Program-made: the position numbers and the translations under genes
NCBI GenBank assembly: GCA_021776735.1
Contig: JAJFFH010000041.1
Location: 61,553-125,552 of the forward strand
DNA: 64,000 nt
From: Planctomycetota bacterium
Lineage (GTDB): Bacteria > Planctomycetota > PLA2
Direction of reading: 5' to 3'
The notes under the pieces: model-generated
Told to the model about the DNA's origin: nothing
Database searches by the model: none
What the model saw: only the letters and a program-made list of their open reading frames with translations
Shown: positions 10,079 through 19,264 of the stretch, in pieces
Layout: each line of letters opens with the position of its first letter
Position numbering within the stretch: position 1 is the first letter of the stretch

Positions 10079-11492
10079 CTATCGCCGCAGCGAAGAGTTC
10101 GCGTAGATGTCGTTTTGGCCGTTGCGGGAATCGCGCCAGACGACGTAGACCTGGTCCGCATCGATGTCGAGGCGCGGAAGCCGCGAATCCGCAGCGCCCG
10201 CCGCATCCGTATCGAGCCGGAGATCGGTGTCCCGCCAGCTCTCTCCGCCATCGGTGGTCGCCGTGAAACGAACGTCGCGGGCGCCATCGCGGGTGTCTTC
10301 CCACGTGACGTACGCGTTGTTGCCCGCCGCACGAATCTGGACAAAGTCCACACCGCCGGCAGCGCTCGCGTCCGTGTCGAGACGCAGATCGCCGTTGAAG
10401 GTCTCGGCCCGGTCGTTCGACGTGGCGACGAAGATATCGGACGTGCCGCTACGCTGATCGATCCAGGTGACGTAGACGTTGCCCTGGGCGCACGCCACGA
10501 TCGGGCGGAACGAGTTCGCCGCGCCGGCGACGTCGGTGTCGAGCCGCTGGTCGGCCACCTGCCAGGTCGTGCCGCCGTCGGTGCTGCGGTTGAAGTGAAT
10601 GTCCAACGCACCCGCGCGGTTGTCGACCCAGGCGACGTAGATGTTTTGGCCGTCGACATCGATGGCCGGATCGAACGAGAAGGCCGCACCGGCCGCGTCG
10701 GTGTCGAGGCGGACGTCGGCGGCGAGCCAGGTCGCGCCGTTGTCGGCCGACGTGTTGAAGAACACGTCGTTGTTGCCGTTGCGGTTGTCCATCCAGGTGA
10801 CATAAAGCCGCGTTCCGACGCGGGACAGGCGGGGCCGGTCGGACTGCGATGTGCCCGCGCCGTTGGCGTTGACGAGCGTCTCGTTGGTCCAGGTCACGCC
10901 GCCATCGGCGGACGAGCGAATCAGGATGTCGCGGCTGCCGTTGCGATCGTCCTCGAACAGGACGGTCAGGCTGCGGCCGTCGATCTGGCTGACCGAAACC
11001 AACGGGTCACCCGAGGCCGCGGCGCCCGCCGCGTCCTGGTCGAGCCGCACGTCGGCGCCCAGCCATGTGTTGCCACCATCGGTGGAGCGCTGGAGGCGAA
11101 TGTCCTTCTCGCCGTCACGCGCGTCTTCCCAGACAACCCAGAGGCTCTGGCCCCGGCAGGTGATCTCGGGATCGTCCGCGACCGACGCACCGGCCGCATC
11201 CGTGTTCAGGCGAACGTCCGCGGCGAGCCAGGTGCGGCCGCCGTCCGTCGACTTGTTGAAAAAGACATCGTTTTGCCCGTTGCGCACATCCACCCAGACG
11301 ACGTAGAGCACGCCGTTCGCGCAGCAAATCCGCTGCTTGGCACTTGCGGCCGCGCCGGCCACGTCAGTCTCGACGCGGACGTCGGTCGTAAGGAAGTTCT
11401 CCACAAACGCGGGCACGCCGCGGCTGCCATTGCTGCAACCGGCGATAGCGATGGCGAGCATGCTCGCCGCGATGACACCGAAACGCTTCATC
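10079..11492 (-). CDS. BNR/Asp-box repeat lipoprotein (sialidase-like beta-propeller)
   Basis: The start is trimmed to the ATG at 11492, giving MKRFGVIAASMLAIAIAGCS, a lipoprotein signal with lipobox. There are at least 6 repeats of S-x-D-G-G-x-T-W (STDGGRTW, STDGGNTW, SADGGVTW, SADNGATW, STDGGTTW, TTDGGESW). Confidence 0.75.
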
Positions 11493-11526
11493 TTGTCCTC
11501 CAGGGGTTTGCGCCCCTCAAGGGGCC

Positions 11527-12087
11527 GTGTCCGGACCCCGTATCGACGCAACGGCGTCCCGAACTAAGACGGTTTTGCAAATCGTCTCGAAACAGGCCGC
11601 GCGAAAGCGATTCGGAGGTCAATTCCCGCCGCCGTACCCCAATGATGAACGCGTGGACCAAGGGACAAGACTGAGACAGGAGTTCGTCGAGCGCGAAGAG
11701 CGCGCCCTGGCGAAAGCCGCGCTCCGCGAACACCGCAACCGGCTCAACGGTGCACTCGGCGGCGGACTCGCGGGCTTCGCCGCCGCCATCTCAACGGCAG
11801 CCGTCACGCGCCAGGCGATCCTGTGGCACTCCTTCGTCCTCGAAGCAACGCTGGGCGCGTGCGCGGGCTACCTTCTCGCGCGCCGCGGCGGCGGACTGCT
11901 CGTCGGCGTCGCCCTCTTCGTCGGCTCGTACGTTCTCGCCTTCCAAATCCGCGCCTCGGGCTTCGATCCGAGCGTCCTGTTCGCACCCGGCGACCTACGC
12001 GTCGCCATGGCCAGCCAAGGCCACCTCATGTCGATCGGCGTGCTGATCACCTGCGGCGGACTGCTCGGCCACATCATGGAGGACTAG
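11527..12087 (+). CDS. hypothetical membrane protein (start uncertain)
   Basis: The C-terminal two-thirds has Gly/Ala-rich TM helices (GGGLAGFAAAISTAAV, LLVGVALFVGSYVLAF). The ATG at 11527 lies only 35 bp from the divergent BNR gene start, so a later GTG near 11654 is an alternative. Confidence 0.4.
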   Translation: MSGPRIDATASRTKTVLQIVSKQAARKRFGGQFPPPYPNDERVDQGTRLRQEFVEREERALAKAALREHRNRLNGALGGGLAGFAAAISTAAVTRQAILWHSFVLEATLGACAGYLLARRGGGLLVGVALFVGSYVLAFQIRASGFDPSVLFAPGDLRVAMASQGHLMSIGVLITCGGLLGHIMED

Positions 12088-12204
12088 TCCGAGAATCCGC
12101 ATGGCGGATTCTCGATAGTCCGGGCCGGGTGCGGCTTCGCCGCTCGCGGCCCCACCCGAACCCGAACCCGAACCCGAACATGAGCGTGAATCGCCGTCCG
12201 TTTG

Positions 12205-12654
12205 CTACAGCTCTCCGTTGATCGCGTAACGCAAGAGCTGCACGACCTGTTCCGGTGTTTGCGCGACCGCGAGGGCGGCGCGATCGACTTCCTTTAGGGC
12301 GTGGGTGTGTTCCTCGGGGTGCAGAACGATCAGCGGTTTTCCCAGGGCCGCGGCGTAGCCGGCGTCGAACGCGGCGTTCCATTGGCGGTACTTCTCGCCG
12401 AAGCGGACCACGACGATGTCGGCCTTGCCGAGCAGCGTGCGCGTCCGCAGAGCGTTCACGCCCGCGCCCTTGTGGTCCTTCCAGGCGCCCTGATCCTCCG
12501 CGCCGAGGATGTGGACGCCGCAATCGTCGCTGGACGGGTGGTCGGTGACCGGCGCCGTCAGGGTGACCCGAAGTTCATGCGCGCGCACGCCCTCCGCGAT
12601 GCGGTCCCGCCAGTCCGTGTGGATCTCGCCGGAGAGATAGACATTCAGATGCAT
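12205..12654 (-). CDS. YtoQ family protein (nucleoside 2-deoxyribosyltransferase-like fold)
   Basis: The start is trimmed to MHLNVYLSGEIHTDWRDRI..., the typical YtoQ N-terminus. It is ~150 aa. Confidence 0.6.
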   Translation of the reverse strand: MHLNVYLSGEIHTDWRDRIAEGVRAHELRVTLTAPVTDHPSSDDCGVHILGAEDQGAWKDHKGAGVNALRTRTLLGKADIVVVRFGEKYRQWNAAFDAGYAAALGKPLIVLHPEEHTHALKEVDRAALAVAQTPEQVVQLLRYAINGEL

Positions 12655-12673
12655 GGCCCTATTCTGCGGTTCC

Positions 12674-13054
12674 ATGAGAGTTTCCCTCCTCGCCGCCTTC
12701 CCGCTTGCCGCGCTTCCGCTCGTCGCCCTCTTCGCCGCGTGCACCGAGGAATCCCCCACCCCGAAGGGACGGCCGGTCGTCCGGTACTACGAACTCAGCA
12801 AGATGTGACCGTACTGCCGAGAGGTCGTGGTCACGATCAACAAGCTCAAGATCAGCCCGAAGTGGAAGGACAAGGTCGATTTTGAGATCGTCCCCGCGAA
12901 GAGCGACGAGGGCGAAGCGGCGGTCACCCGCCATGGATGGCAGGCCCGGCACGGACTCGAGCTCATGCACGGGGACCGCGCGCTGGGCAACCTCGATGGC
13001 CACAGCTACGGCCAGGAGCAGATCGAAGCCTTGCTCGGGAAACACGTCCGCTGA
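12674..13054 (+). CDS. candidate selenoprotein: exported glutaredoxin-like lipoprotein with an in-frame UGA (Sec) in a U-P-Y-C motif
   Basis: The ATG at 12674 gives the lipoprotein signal MRVSLLAAFPLAALPLVALFAAC. It continues ...VVRYYELSKM-[TGA 12806-12808]-PYCREVVVTINKL..., in frame with the downstream 75-codon ORF (12827-13054). U-P-Y-C is the glutaredoxin CPYC active site with Sec in place of Cys. An imperfect hairpin (GUGACC...GAGA...GGUCAC, 12805-12834) starts at the UGA. Confidence 0.5.
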
Positions 13055-15294
13055 AACCGAACCGCGTTGCCGTCGTCGAACGAAACCTCGACGACTACCT
13101 CGCTCGCGCCCGCACGGCTGCGCCGCTTGCGCCCGGCGACCCGCTGCGTCCGGGAAGCGGCCTGTCGGCGCGCGCGGCCGTGCGTCTCTTCGAGGCGCAG
13201 GTTCTCTCGCGCTGCCTCGATGTCACCGCGCGTGAGCTCAAGGCGAAGGGCGCCGGCTACTACACGATCGCCAGCGCCGGACACGAACAAAACGCGGTCG
13301 TCGGCGCACGGGTTCGCCCCACCGACCCGTCGTTTCTGCACTACCGGTCCGGCGCCTTCATGATGGCGCGCGCGATGCAGGTTCCGGGCGCCACCCCGGT
13401 GTTCGACACCCTGCTCAGCCTCTGCGCCTCGTCGGACGATCCCATCGCGCAGGGCCGCCACAAGGTCTGGGGCAGCCGGCAACTCTGGGTGCCGCCGCAG
13501 ACGAGCACGATCGCGTCGCATTTGCCGAAAGCGGTCGGCTGCGCGTTCTCGATCGGCCGCGGGCGACGGCTAGGGATCGATCCCGGCGTGCCGGCGGACG
13601 CGCTGGTGTGCTGCACGTTCGGGGACGCTTCGGCCAACCACGCCAGCGCGCTGGCAGGCATCAACTCGGCTCGGTATGCACACCGCCGCGGCAACCCGGT
13701 GCCGATCCTGTTTGTCTGCGAGGACAACGGTATCGGCATCTCGGTGGAAACGCCGCGCCGCTGGATTCACGACGCCTTCGGCGATCTCGCGCATCTGCGC
13801 TACGTCGAAGCGGACGGCGAACTCGACGACGTGCATGACGCGGTCGCACAGGCCGTGGAGTTTTGCCGCGCGCATCGCGCCCCGGTCTTTTTGCACCTGC
13901 GCTGCCTGCGTCTTTGGGGCCATGCGGGCAGCGACATCGAGACGGCGTACCGCGCGCAAACGGAAATCGAGGCGATCGAGGGCCGCGACCCGCTGTTGCG
14001 CAACGCGCGCCGCCTGATCGAAACCGGCGCCGCCGATCCGGCCACACTGCGCGCGATCCTGCAGGACACCCGCGCGCGCGTAGCCGCCGCCGCCGAAGAA
14101 GCTGCCACGCGTCCGCACCTGACAACGCGCACACAGATCATGGCCCCGCTCGCGCCGTTCGACGAGGCGCGGTGCCGCGAAGACGGCGCGGGCACGGCGA
14201 GCGAACAGGCGCGCCGCGACCTGTGGGGCCAAACCCCGCCGGAAAAAGCGACCGCACCGACCAAACGCACGCTCGCCGCCCACATCAACGCCGCCCTCGC
14301 GGACGAGATGGCGCGTCGCCCGGAAATCGTCGTGTTCGGCGAGGACGTCGGCAAAAAAGGCGGGGTCTACTACGTAACGGCGGGGCTGCAGCGCCGCTTC
14401 GGCATCGCCCGCGTGTTCGACACCCTCCTGGATGAGACAACAGTCCTCGGCGTCGCCCAGGGCGCCGCGCACGTCGGCCTCCTGCCGATCCCGGAAATCC
14501 AGTACGTCGCGTATCTGCACAACGCCATCGACCAGTTGCGCGGCGAAGCCTCGTCGCTCTCGTTTTTCTCCAACGGCCAGTTCCAAAACCCGATGGTCGT
14601 GCGCATCGCGGGCCTCGCCTACCAAAAAGGCTTCGGCGGCCACTTCCACAACGACAACTCGATCGGCGCACTCCGCGACATCCCGGGCCTGATCCTCGCC
14701 ACGCCGTCCCGCGGCGACGACGCCGCCAAAATGCTGCGCGGCTGCATCGCTCTCGCCCGCACCTGCGGCCGCGTCGTGTGTTTTTTGGAACCGATCGCGC
14801 TCTACCACCAAAAAGACCTCTACGAAGACGGCGACGGCCGCTGGCTGACCGACTACCCCCCGCCCGGCGATATCCTCTTGCCCGGCGAAGTGCAGGTGTA
14901 CGGAGAAAACGCAGCGGACAAAAAGCAAACGGACGGCGATACCCCCGGCGATATCCTGGTCGTGACGTATGCGAACGGCGTGCGCCTGAGCCTGCGCGCG
15001 ACACGCCGCTCGGCGAACGCCCAAAACATCGCCGTTCTTGACTGTCGCTGGCTCAACCCGCTGCCCCTCGCGGCGATTCGCGCCGCGGCGAAGGGCAAGC
15101 GCAAGGTCGTGGTCGTCGATGAATGCCGCGCGACTGGCGGCGGCATCGCGGACGCGGTCATCGCCGATCTCGCGGAGCACGGCTACAAGGGCGAACTCAC
15201 CTCGGTGCGCGCCGCCGACTGTTTCGTGCCGCTCGGTCCGTCCACGGACGCGATCCTCGTGACCGAAGAACAGATCGAGGAGGCGCTCGCGTGA
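13051..15294 (+). CDS. TPP-dependent 2-oxoacid dehydrogenase E1 component, fused alpha-beta subunits (start uncertain)
   Basis: Alpha part: the TPP motif FGDASANHASALAGINSARY...VLFVCEDNGIGIS. Beta part: EIVVFGEDVGKKGGVYYVTAGLQRRFGIARVFDTLLDETTVLGVAQGAAHVGLLPIPEIQYVAYL. There is no ATG/GTG/TTG in frame after the upstream stop. Candidate starts are a CTG at 13051, overlapping the upstream TGA as CTGA, or the ATG at 12937, which would overlap the upstream gene by 118 nt. Confidence 0.8.
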   Translation: MKPNRVAVVERNLDDYLARARTAAPLAPGDPLRPGSGLSARAAVRLFEAQVLSRCLDVTARELKAKGAGYYTIASAGHEQNAVVGARVRPTDPSFLHYRSGAFMMARAMQVPGATPVFDTLLSLCASSDDPIAQGRHKVWGSRQLWVPPQTSTIASHLPKAVGCAFSIGRGRRLGIDPGVPADALVCCTFGDASANHASALAGINSARYAHRRGNPVPILFVCEDNGIGISVETPRRWIHDAFGDLAHLRYVEADGELDDVHDAVAQAVEFCRAHRAPVFLHLRCLRLWGHAGSDIETAYRAQTEIEAIEGRDPLLRNARRLIETGAADPATLRAILQDTRARVAAAAEEAATRPHLTTRTQIMAPLAPFDEARCREDGAGTASEQARRDLWGQTPPEKATAPTKRTLAAHINAALADEMARRPEIVVFGEDVGKKGGVYYVTAGLQRRFGIARVFDTLLDETTVLGVAQGAAHVGLLPIPEIQYVAYLHNAIDQLRGEASSLSFFSNGQFQNPMVVRIAGLAYQKGFGGHFHNDNSIGALRDIPGLILATPSRGDDAAKMLRGCIALARTCGRVVCFLEPIALYHQKDLYEDGDGRWLTDYPPPGDILLPGEVQVYGENAADKKQTDGDTPGDILVVTYANGVRLSLRATRRSANAQNIAVLDCRWLNPLPLAAIRAAAKGKRKVVVVDECRATGGGIADAVIADLAEHGYKGELTSVRAADCFVPLGPSTDAILVTEEQIEEALA

Positions 15295-16283
15295 GCCGAA
15301 TCGCCCTGTTCCTGCCCGGCCGCGGGTCGTACACGAAGCGAACGCGCAAATCGCTGCCGGACGGCCATCCGTTCGTCGTCCGCGCCGAGGAGTTGCGAGC
15401 GGAATACGGACTCGATCCGTTGATCGAGCTGGACCGGACCGAGCGCTGGCGTGGTGCGACCCACCTGCGTGCGGACAACGTGTCGCCGCTGATCTGGCTG
15501 GTCTCGATGATCGACGCCGAGCGCGCGAAGAACGAACACGATGTCGTCTGCGTCGGCGGCAACTCCATGGGCTGGTACACCGCGGTCGCCGTCGCGGGCG
15601 CCCTGTCGTTCGATGACGGCTTCCGGCTCGTGCAGGAAATGGCGCTCCTGCAGATGGAGTACAAGGACGGCGGGCAGATTCTCTATCCGCTGCTCGACGG
15701 ACAGTGGCGCGTCGACCCGCTTCAGGTCGAACGCGTCGAAAAAGCGCTGGCGGGCGCGCCGGGCGAGACCTTCCGCTCGATTCCGCTCGGCGGCTATCTC
15801 GTGCTCGCGGGCACGGAAAAAGGCATCGCCTATCTGCTCGACGCGCTGCCCACGGTCGAAATGGGCCCGAGCCTGTTCCCGTACCGCTTGAAACAGCATG
15901 GCCCCTACCACACGCCGCTGCTCGACTCGGTCGCGCACAAGGCGCAGTCGCGGCTCGCGCGGCTCGGCTGGAAGGCCCCCGAAATCGCGCTCGTCGATGG
16001 CTGCGGCGCGCGCTGGTCGCCGTGGTCCACCGACCCCGACGCGCTACGCGACTACACGCTCCGCACTCAAATCGTAACGCCGTTCGATTTCACGGCGTCG
16101 GTCTCGGCCGCGTTGCGCGAACACGCCCCCGAACTCATCGCGCTGGCCGGACCAGGCAACACGCTGGGCGGCATCTGCGGCCAGATCGCGGTCCAACAGC
16201 GCTGGCGCGGCATCGAAAGCCGCGACGACTTCGAACACGTACAGGAAAGCGACCGCCCGCTGGTCTGGTCGATGCGCCGATGA
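15291..16283 (+). CDS. acyltransferase-domain protein (FabD/malonyl-CoA:ACP transacylase-like fold)
   Basis: The GTG start overlaps the E1 stop (GTGA). ALFLPGRGSY corresponds to the FabD FPGQGSQ motif, GNSMGWYTAVAVAGALSFDDGFRLVQEM to the GHSLGEY nucleophile elbow, and HGPYHTPLL to the catalytic His region. Confidence 0.6.
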   Translation: MSRIALFLPGRGSYTKRTRKSLPDGHPFVVRAEELRAEYGLDPLIELDRTERWRGATHLRADNVSPLIWLVSMIDAERAKNEHDVVCVGGNSMGWYTAVAVAGALSFDDGFRLVQEMALLQMEYKDGGQILYPLLDGQWRVDPLQVERVEKALAGAPGETFRSIPLGGYLVLAGTEKGIAYLLDALPTVEMGPSLFPYRLKQHGPYHTPLLDSVAHKAQSRLARLGWKAPEIALVDGCGARWSPWSTDPDALRDYTLRTQIVTPFDFTASVSAALREHAPELIALAGPGNTLGGICGQIAVQQRWRGIESRDDFEHVQESDRPLVWSMRR

Positions 16284-17419
16284 GCCCGAGACGGCCCGCA
16301 GCCACTCTGCTGAAGGGCGCGACGATTTTTTACGCGGTTCTCGCGCTGCTCGCGTGGGGCTGGGCGGGCGTGTTCGACATCGCCCTGCTCGGAGAAACAT
16401 CGCCGTCCGTTCCTGCCGTCTTCCATGGCTTCATCCTGGGAATCGGTGTCGTCGTCTTGTCCGGCGCGCTCTACGCCGGATCACGTTCCGTGCGCCGCTC
16501 GTCGGAAATCCTCGAGCAGTTCCTGCGCGGCACGACCGTCCTCGGTGCCGTCTGGCTCGCGCTGATCTCCGGCTTCGCGGAAGAGGTCATGTTTCGCGGC
16601 GCGCTGTTCGGACAGCTCGGCCTGATCGGCACGTCGATCTTCTTTGGCCTCTGCCACTTCGTGCCGCTGCGCGCGTTTTGGTGGTATCCGATCTATGCCG
16701 CGTTCGCCGGCTACCTGTTCGGCGTACTTCGCGGCAGCAGCGGATCGGTGTGGCCGTGCGTCGTCGCGCATGTCGTTATCAACGGCATCAACCTGTCGTG
16801 GCTCGCGTGGCGAGTTCGAAAGCACGGCCGGCGGGTGCGGCGAACAACGACAACAGGAACGGACGGCGATGTTTCCCACGGCGAGGATCCCGACGCGTTT
16901 GCGCTGCCGGAAGAGATCGACGTGCCGGACACGTTCCCGTTCACGGTGTGGCGCTACGACTTGCGCGTCGAGCCGTCGGGCACGGATCGTCAGAATCTTC
17001 CGCTTTGCCTCGAAGGGGAAAACCTCGCGCTGTTTTCGTACGTCGACCGCGAAGAAGTCTACGACGCGCTACGCGGCGGCCGGTTTATCTTCGCCGAGTC
17101 GTTTCGCGCACCGCTGCGCCCGTTCCCCCACGATGTCGCGGCGTTTTCGGCGTACGTGTTCGACATCGTCACGGGCATCGAAGTAGCCGAGCGATATGTA
17201 GACGAAACCAGAACCGACGACGTCCGCGCCTGGAAGGTCGTGGCAAGACGCGGCGAATGGGTCAAGGTCCCCCTCGAAGTCCAACAACCCGAACCGGGAA
17301 GATTCGAAGTAGACCCCGACGAAGAAGATCAAGGCGTCCTGCGCGCACAGTGGACAACGTACCCCCGCTGGTTCCAGGACGGCATGCGTTTCAAGTACCC
17401 GCAACTGCGCGACTTGTAG
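16280..17419 (+). CDS. CPBP family intramembrane glutamic endopeptidase (CAAX protease/Abi-like) fused to a C-terminal soluble domain of unknown function
   Basis: The ATG start overlaps the upstream stop (ATGA). The TM domain carries motif 1 GFAEEVMFRG and FFGLCHF / VVAHVVING (motifs 2 and 3). A ~190 aa acidic C-terminal domain follows. Confidence 0.75.
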   Translation: MSPRRPAATLLKGATIFYAVLALLAWGWAGVFDIALLGETSPSVPAVFHGFILGIGVVVLSGALYAGSRSVRRSSEILEQFLRGTTVLGAVWLALISGFAEEVMFRGALFGQLGLIGTSIFFGLCHFVPLRAFWWYPIYAAFAGYLFGVLRGSSGSVWPCVVAHVVINGINLSWLAWRVRKHGRRVRRTTTTGTDGDVSHGEDPDAFALPEEIDVPDTFPFTVWRYDLRVEPSGTDRQNLPLCLEGENLALFSYVDREEVYDALRGGRFIFAESFRAPLRPFPHDVAAFSAYVFDIVTGIEVAERYVDETRTDDVRAWKVVARRGEWVKVPLEVQQPEPGRFEVDPDEEDQGVLRAQWTTYPRWFQDGMRFKYPQLRDL

Positions 17420-17490
17420 CCCGTCCGCCCACCGCCGGCTTGTCCGCCATGGCCCGCAAGGGCGACGACAAGAGGCGTCTCTGCGGACGC

Positions 17491-17568
17491 CGATCCTGAT
17501 CCCCGATCCCCGATCCCCGATCCCGACTCCCGATCCCCGATCCCGACTCCCGACGCCCGAGCCCGACG
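17491..17568. repeat. (CCCCGAT)/(CCCGA[CT]) microsatellite tract
   Basis: GATCCTGATCCCCGATCCCCGATCCCCGATCCCGACTCCCGATCCCCGATCCCGACTCCCGACGCCCGAGCCCGAC. It lies inside a 530-bp intergenic gap. Confidence 0.9.
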
Positions 17569-17953
17569 TGCCCACCGTAGCGGAACGTTCACGAACGAGG
17601 TTCACGTAGACGTGAAGCTATGCCAGACCGACGCGCGGCTCGCCTCTCTTTCTCATGGGCAACCCATACCTGTTTCCACAGGACGAACAGACTCCGGCCG
17701 ACACCGCCCCCGCCCCCCCCAAATCCAACATGGCGAGCGCGACGATTCTGTCGAGAGGTGCCCGCGCACGGTTTTTCGGCGCAAGCGGGCGGACGAAAGT
17801 GTGATCGATCGGTGGGCGTTGCTGCGCGACATCTTCAACGCCCGCCGCAACAAGGAAAAGTTGGCCGACAAGAAGCGAAAGATCCAGACGCGCCCCGGGG
17901 TCTGAAAGAATCCCCGGGTCGAAGGGAAGAAGAAAAGCAAGGCGACAAGTCGG

Positions 17954-19264
17954 ATGCCGAAGATCATGGCTCTTGTTCTGTCTCTCGTGCTGGCTTCCTG
18001 CAGCGGCTCCAATGATCTTGCGGCGGTCGTGGCGCAGGCACTCCCGCCAGTCTCTTTCGGGGATGCGCCGATGTACGCCCGGGTTTGCGCAAGCGCGAGC
18101 GACGCCGACATCGTTGCAGTGTCGTCGTACGAGGACATGAACGTTAACGTTCGCGTACCGGGGTCTGACCCCTTGGTGGAGACAACGATCAACTTCTCGA
18201 GTTGTCCCCAGGGCGTTGTGGTCGGCACGGATGACGCGGGCGCCAAGTTCTTGATCGTGTCAACGGTCAACTACGAGACCAACGAGTCGAGCCTGGTGTG
18301 GTTCGTCGATACCGACGCAGACGATCTGCCGGATAGCGCGAGCAAAGCCCTGATCGAATCCGTGAGCGATGCTCACATCGTGTCGCTGAGCTATGACCAA
18401 GACGACGTCGTAATGTATGCGCTGGACGGCAAGAACGACCTCATCTATCGCTACACGGACACGTCGGGCGACAATGTCCCGGACGCGTCCTCGCGATCGA
18501 CGATGATCGAGGCGGGCGGAGTCTTGGGCCCGAAGGTCCGTGCGAGAGAGATCCTGGCAGCCACGGCCAACAGCGTGGTGGTGATCCCGACCATGGACTC
18601 CAAGCCGGGCCGGTTTTACCCCCTGATCCGTACATTCACCGGCGTCTATCTGGACCTGAAGCATGTGCTCTCGGACACGAACGCGGATGGCGTAGCGGAT
18701 GCAGCCGTGTCGGACCCTCTTTTTGGATTCCAAGAAAGCGTGGAGAGCGTGCTTGAGCACGGAGACGACACGGTCCGGATCAAGGGCGCAGACGAGACTG
18801 CGTACTCGGTCGTGGCGGAAACGCCGGCGGGCGTTCAGGAAGTTCTGGCCACATTCGTCGGCAACGGCTTGGCTCAAGAACTCAGCCTCTCGCGGGATCT
18901 GGACGGGGAAGACGAGCTGCTGCTGATTCGTGACTCGGACAACGCGGTGCTCTCTCGCGAACAGGTGAGCGACGAGGGGGCCACACACGTCTACGCTATC
19001 ACTGGCGTCGGTGCGACCCTCGAGGGCGGGATCATGAAGTTCTCCGGCACCAATCTGACGGGGACCGAGAGTGTGACGATGCGCGTGCAGGGGGCTGACT
19101 CATGGACTACCGGAACCGTCACGGGATTCACGAGTGAGGAGCTGACGGTTGCAGTGCCCGACCTTGAACTCGACCCGGGCGACATCAGTCAGTTCGCCGT
19201 CCAAATTTCCGACGGGACCACAACGTTGTTCTGTCGGTGGGGAGTTTACGTTCGAGGACAGTAG
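17954..19264 (+). CDS. hypothetical lipoprotein
   Basis: The signal peptide MPKIMALVLSLVLASCSGS carries a lipobox. The protein is acidic and Ser/Thr/Asp-rich, with GC lower than its surroundings. Confidence 0.65.
   Translation: MPKIMALVLSLVLASCSGSNDLAAVVAQALPPVSFGDAPMYARVCASASDADIVAVSSYEDMNVNVRVPGSDPLVETTINFSSCPQGVVVGTDDAGAKFLIVSTVNYETNESSLVWFVDTDADDLPDSASKALIESVSDAHIVSLSYDQDDVVMYALDGKNDLIYRYTDTSGDNVPDASSRSTMIEAGGVLGPKVRAREILAATANSVVVIPTMDSKPGRFYPLIRTFTGVYLDLKHVLSDTNADGVADAAVSDPLFGFQESVESVLEHGDDTVRIKGADETAYSVVAETPAGVQEVLATFVGNGLAQELSLSRDLDGEDELLLIRDSDNAVLSREQVSDEGATHVYAITGVGATLEGGIMKFSGTNLTGTESVTMRVQGADSWTTGTVTGFTSEELTVAVPDLELDPGDISQFAVQISDGTTTLFCRWGVYVRGQ

Noticed and set aside
9827-11674. 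615-aa plus-strand ORF
   Set aside because: It is antisense to the BNR-repeat lipoprotein gene. It is a low-complexity Arg/Ala/Gly/Val product with no motifs, whereas the real gene on the minus strand has a signal peptide and Asp-box repeats.
12937-13050. ATG at 12937 as the E1 start (785-aa version)
   Set aside because: It would overlap the well-formed Grx-like ORF by 118 nt, and it adds an R/P/A-rich N-terminus. It is kept only as an alternative in the start-codon finding.
13570-15180. 536-aa minus-strand ORF
   Set aside because: It is antisense to the E1 alpha-beta fusion gene, which has clear TPP-binding and E1-beta motifs. The composition is artefactual.
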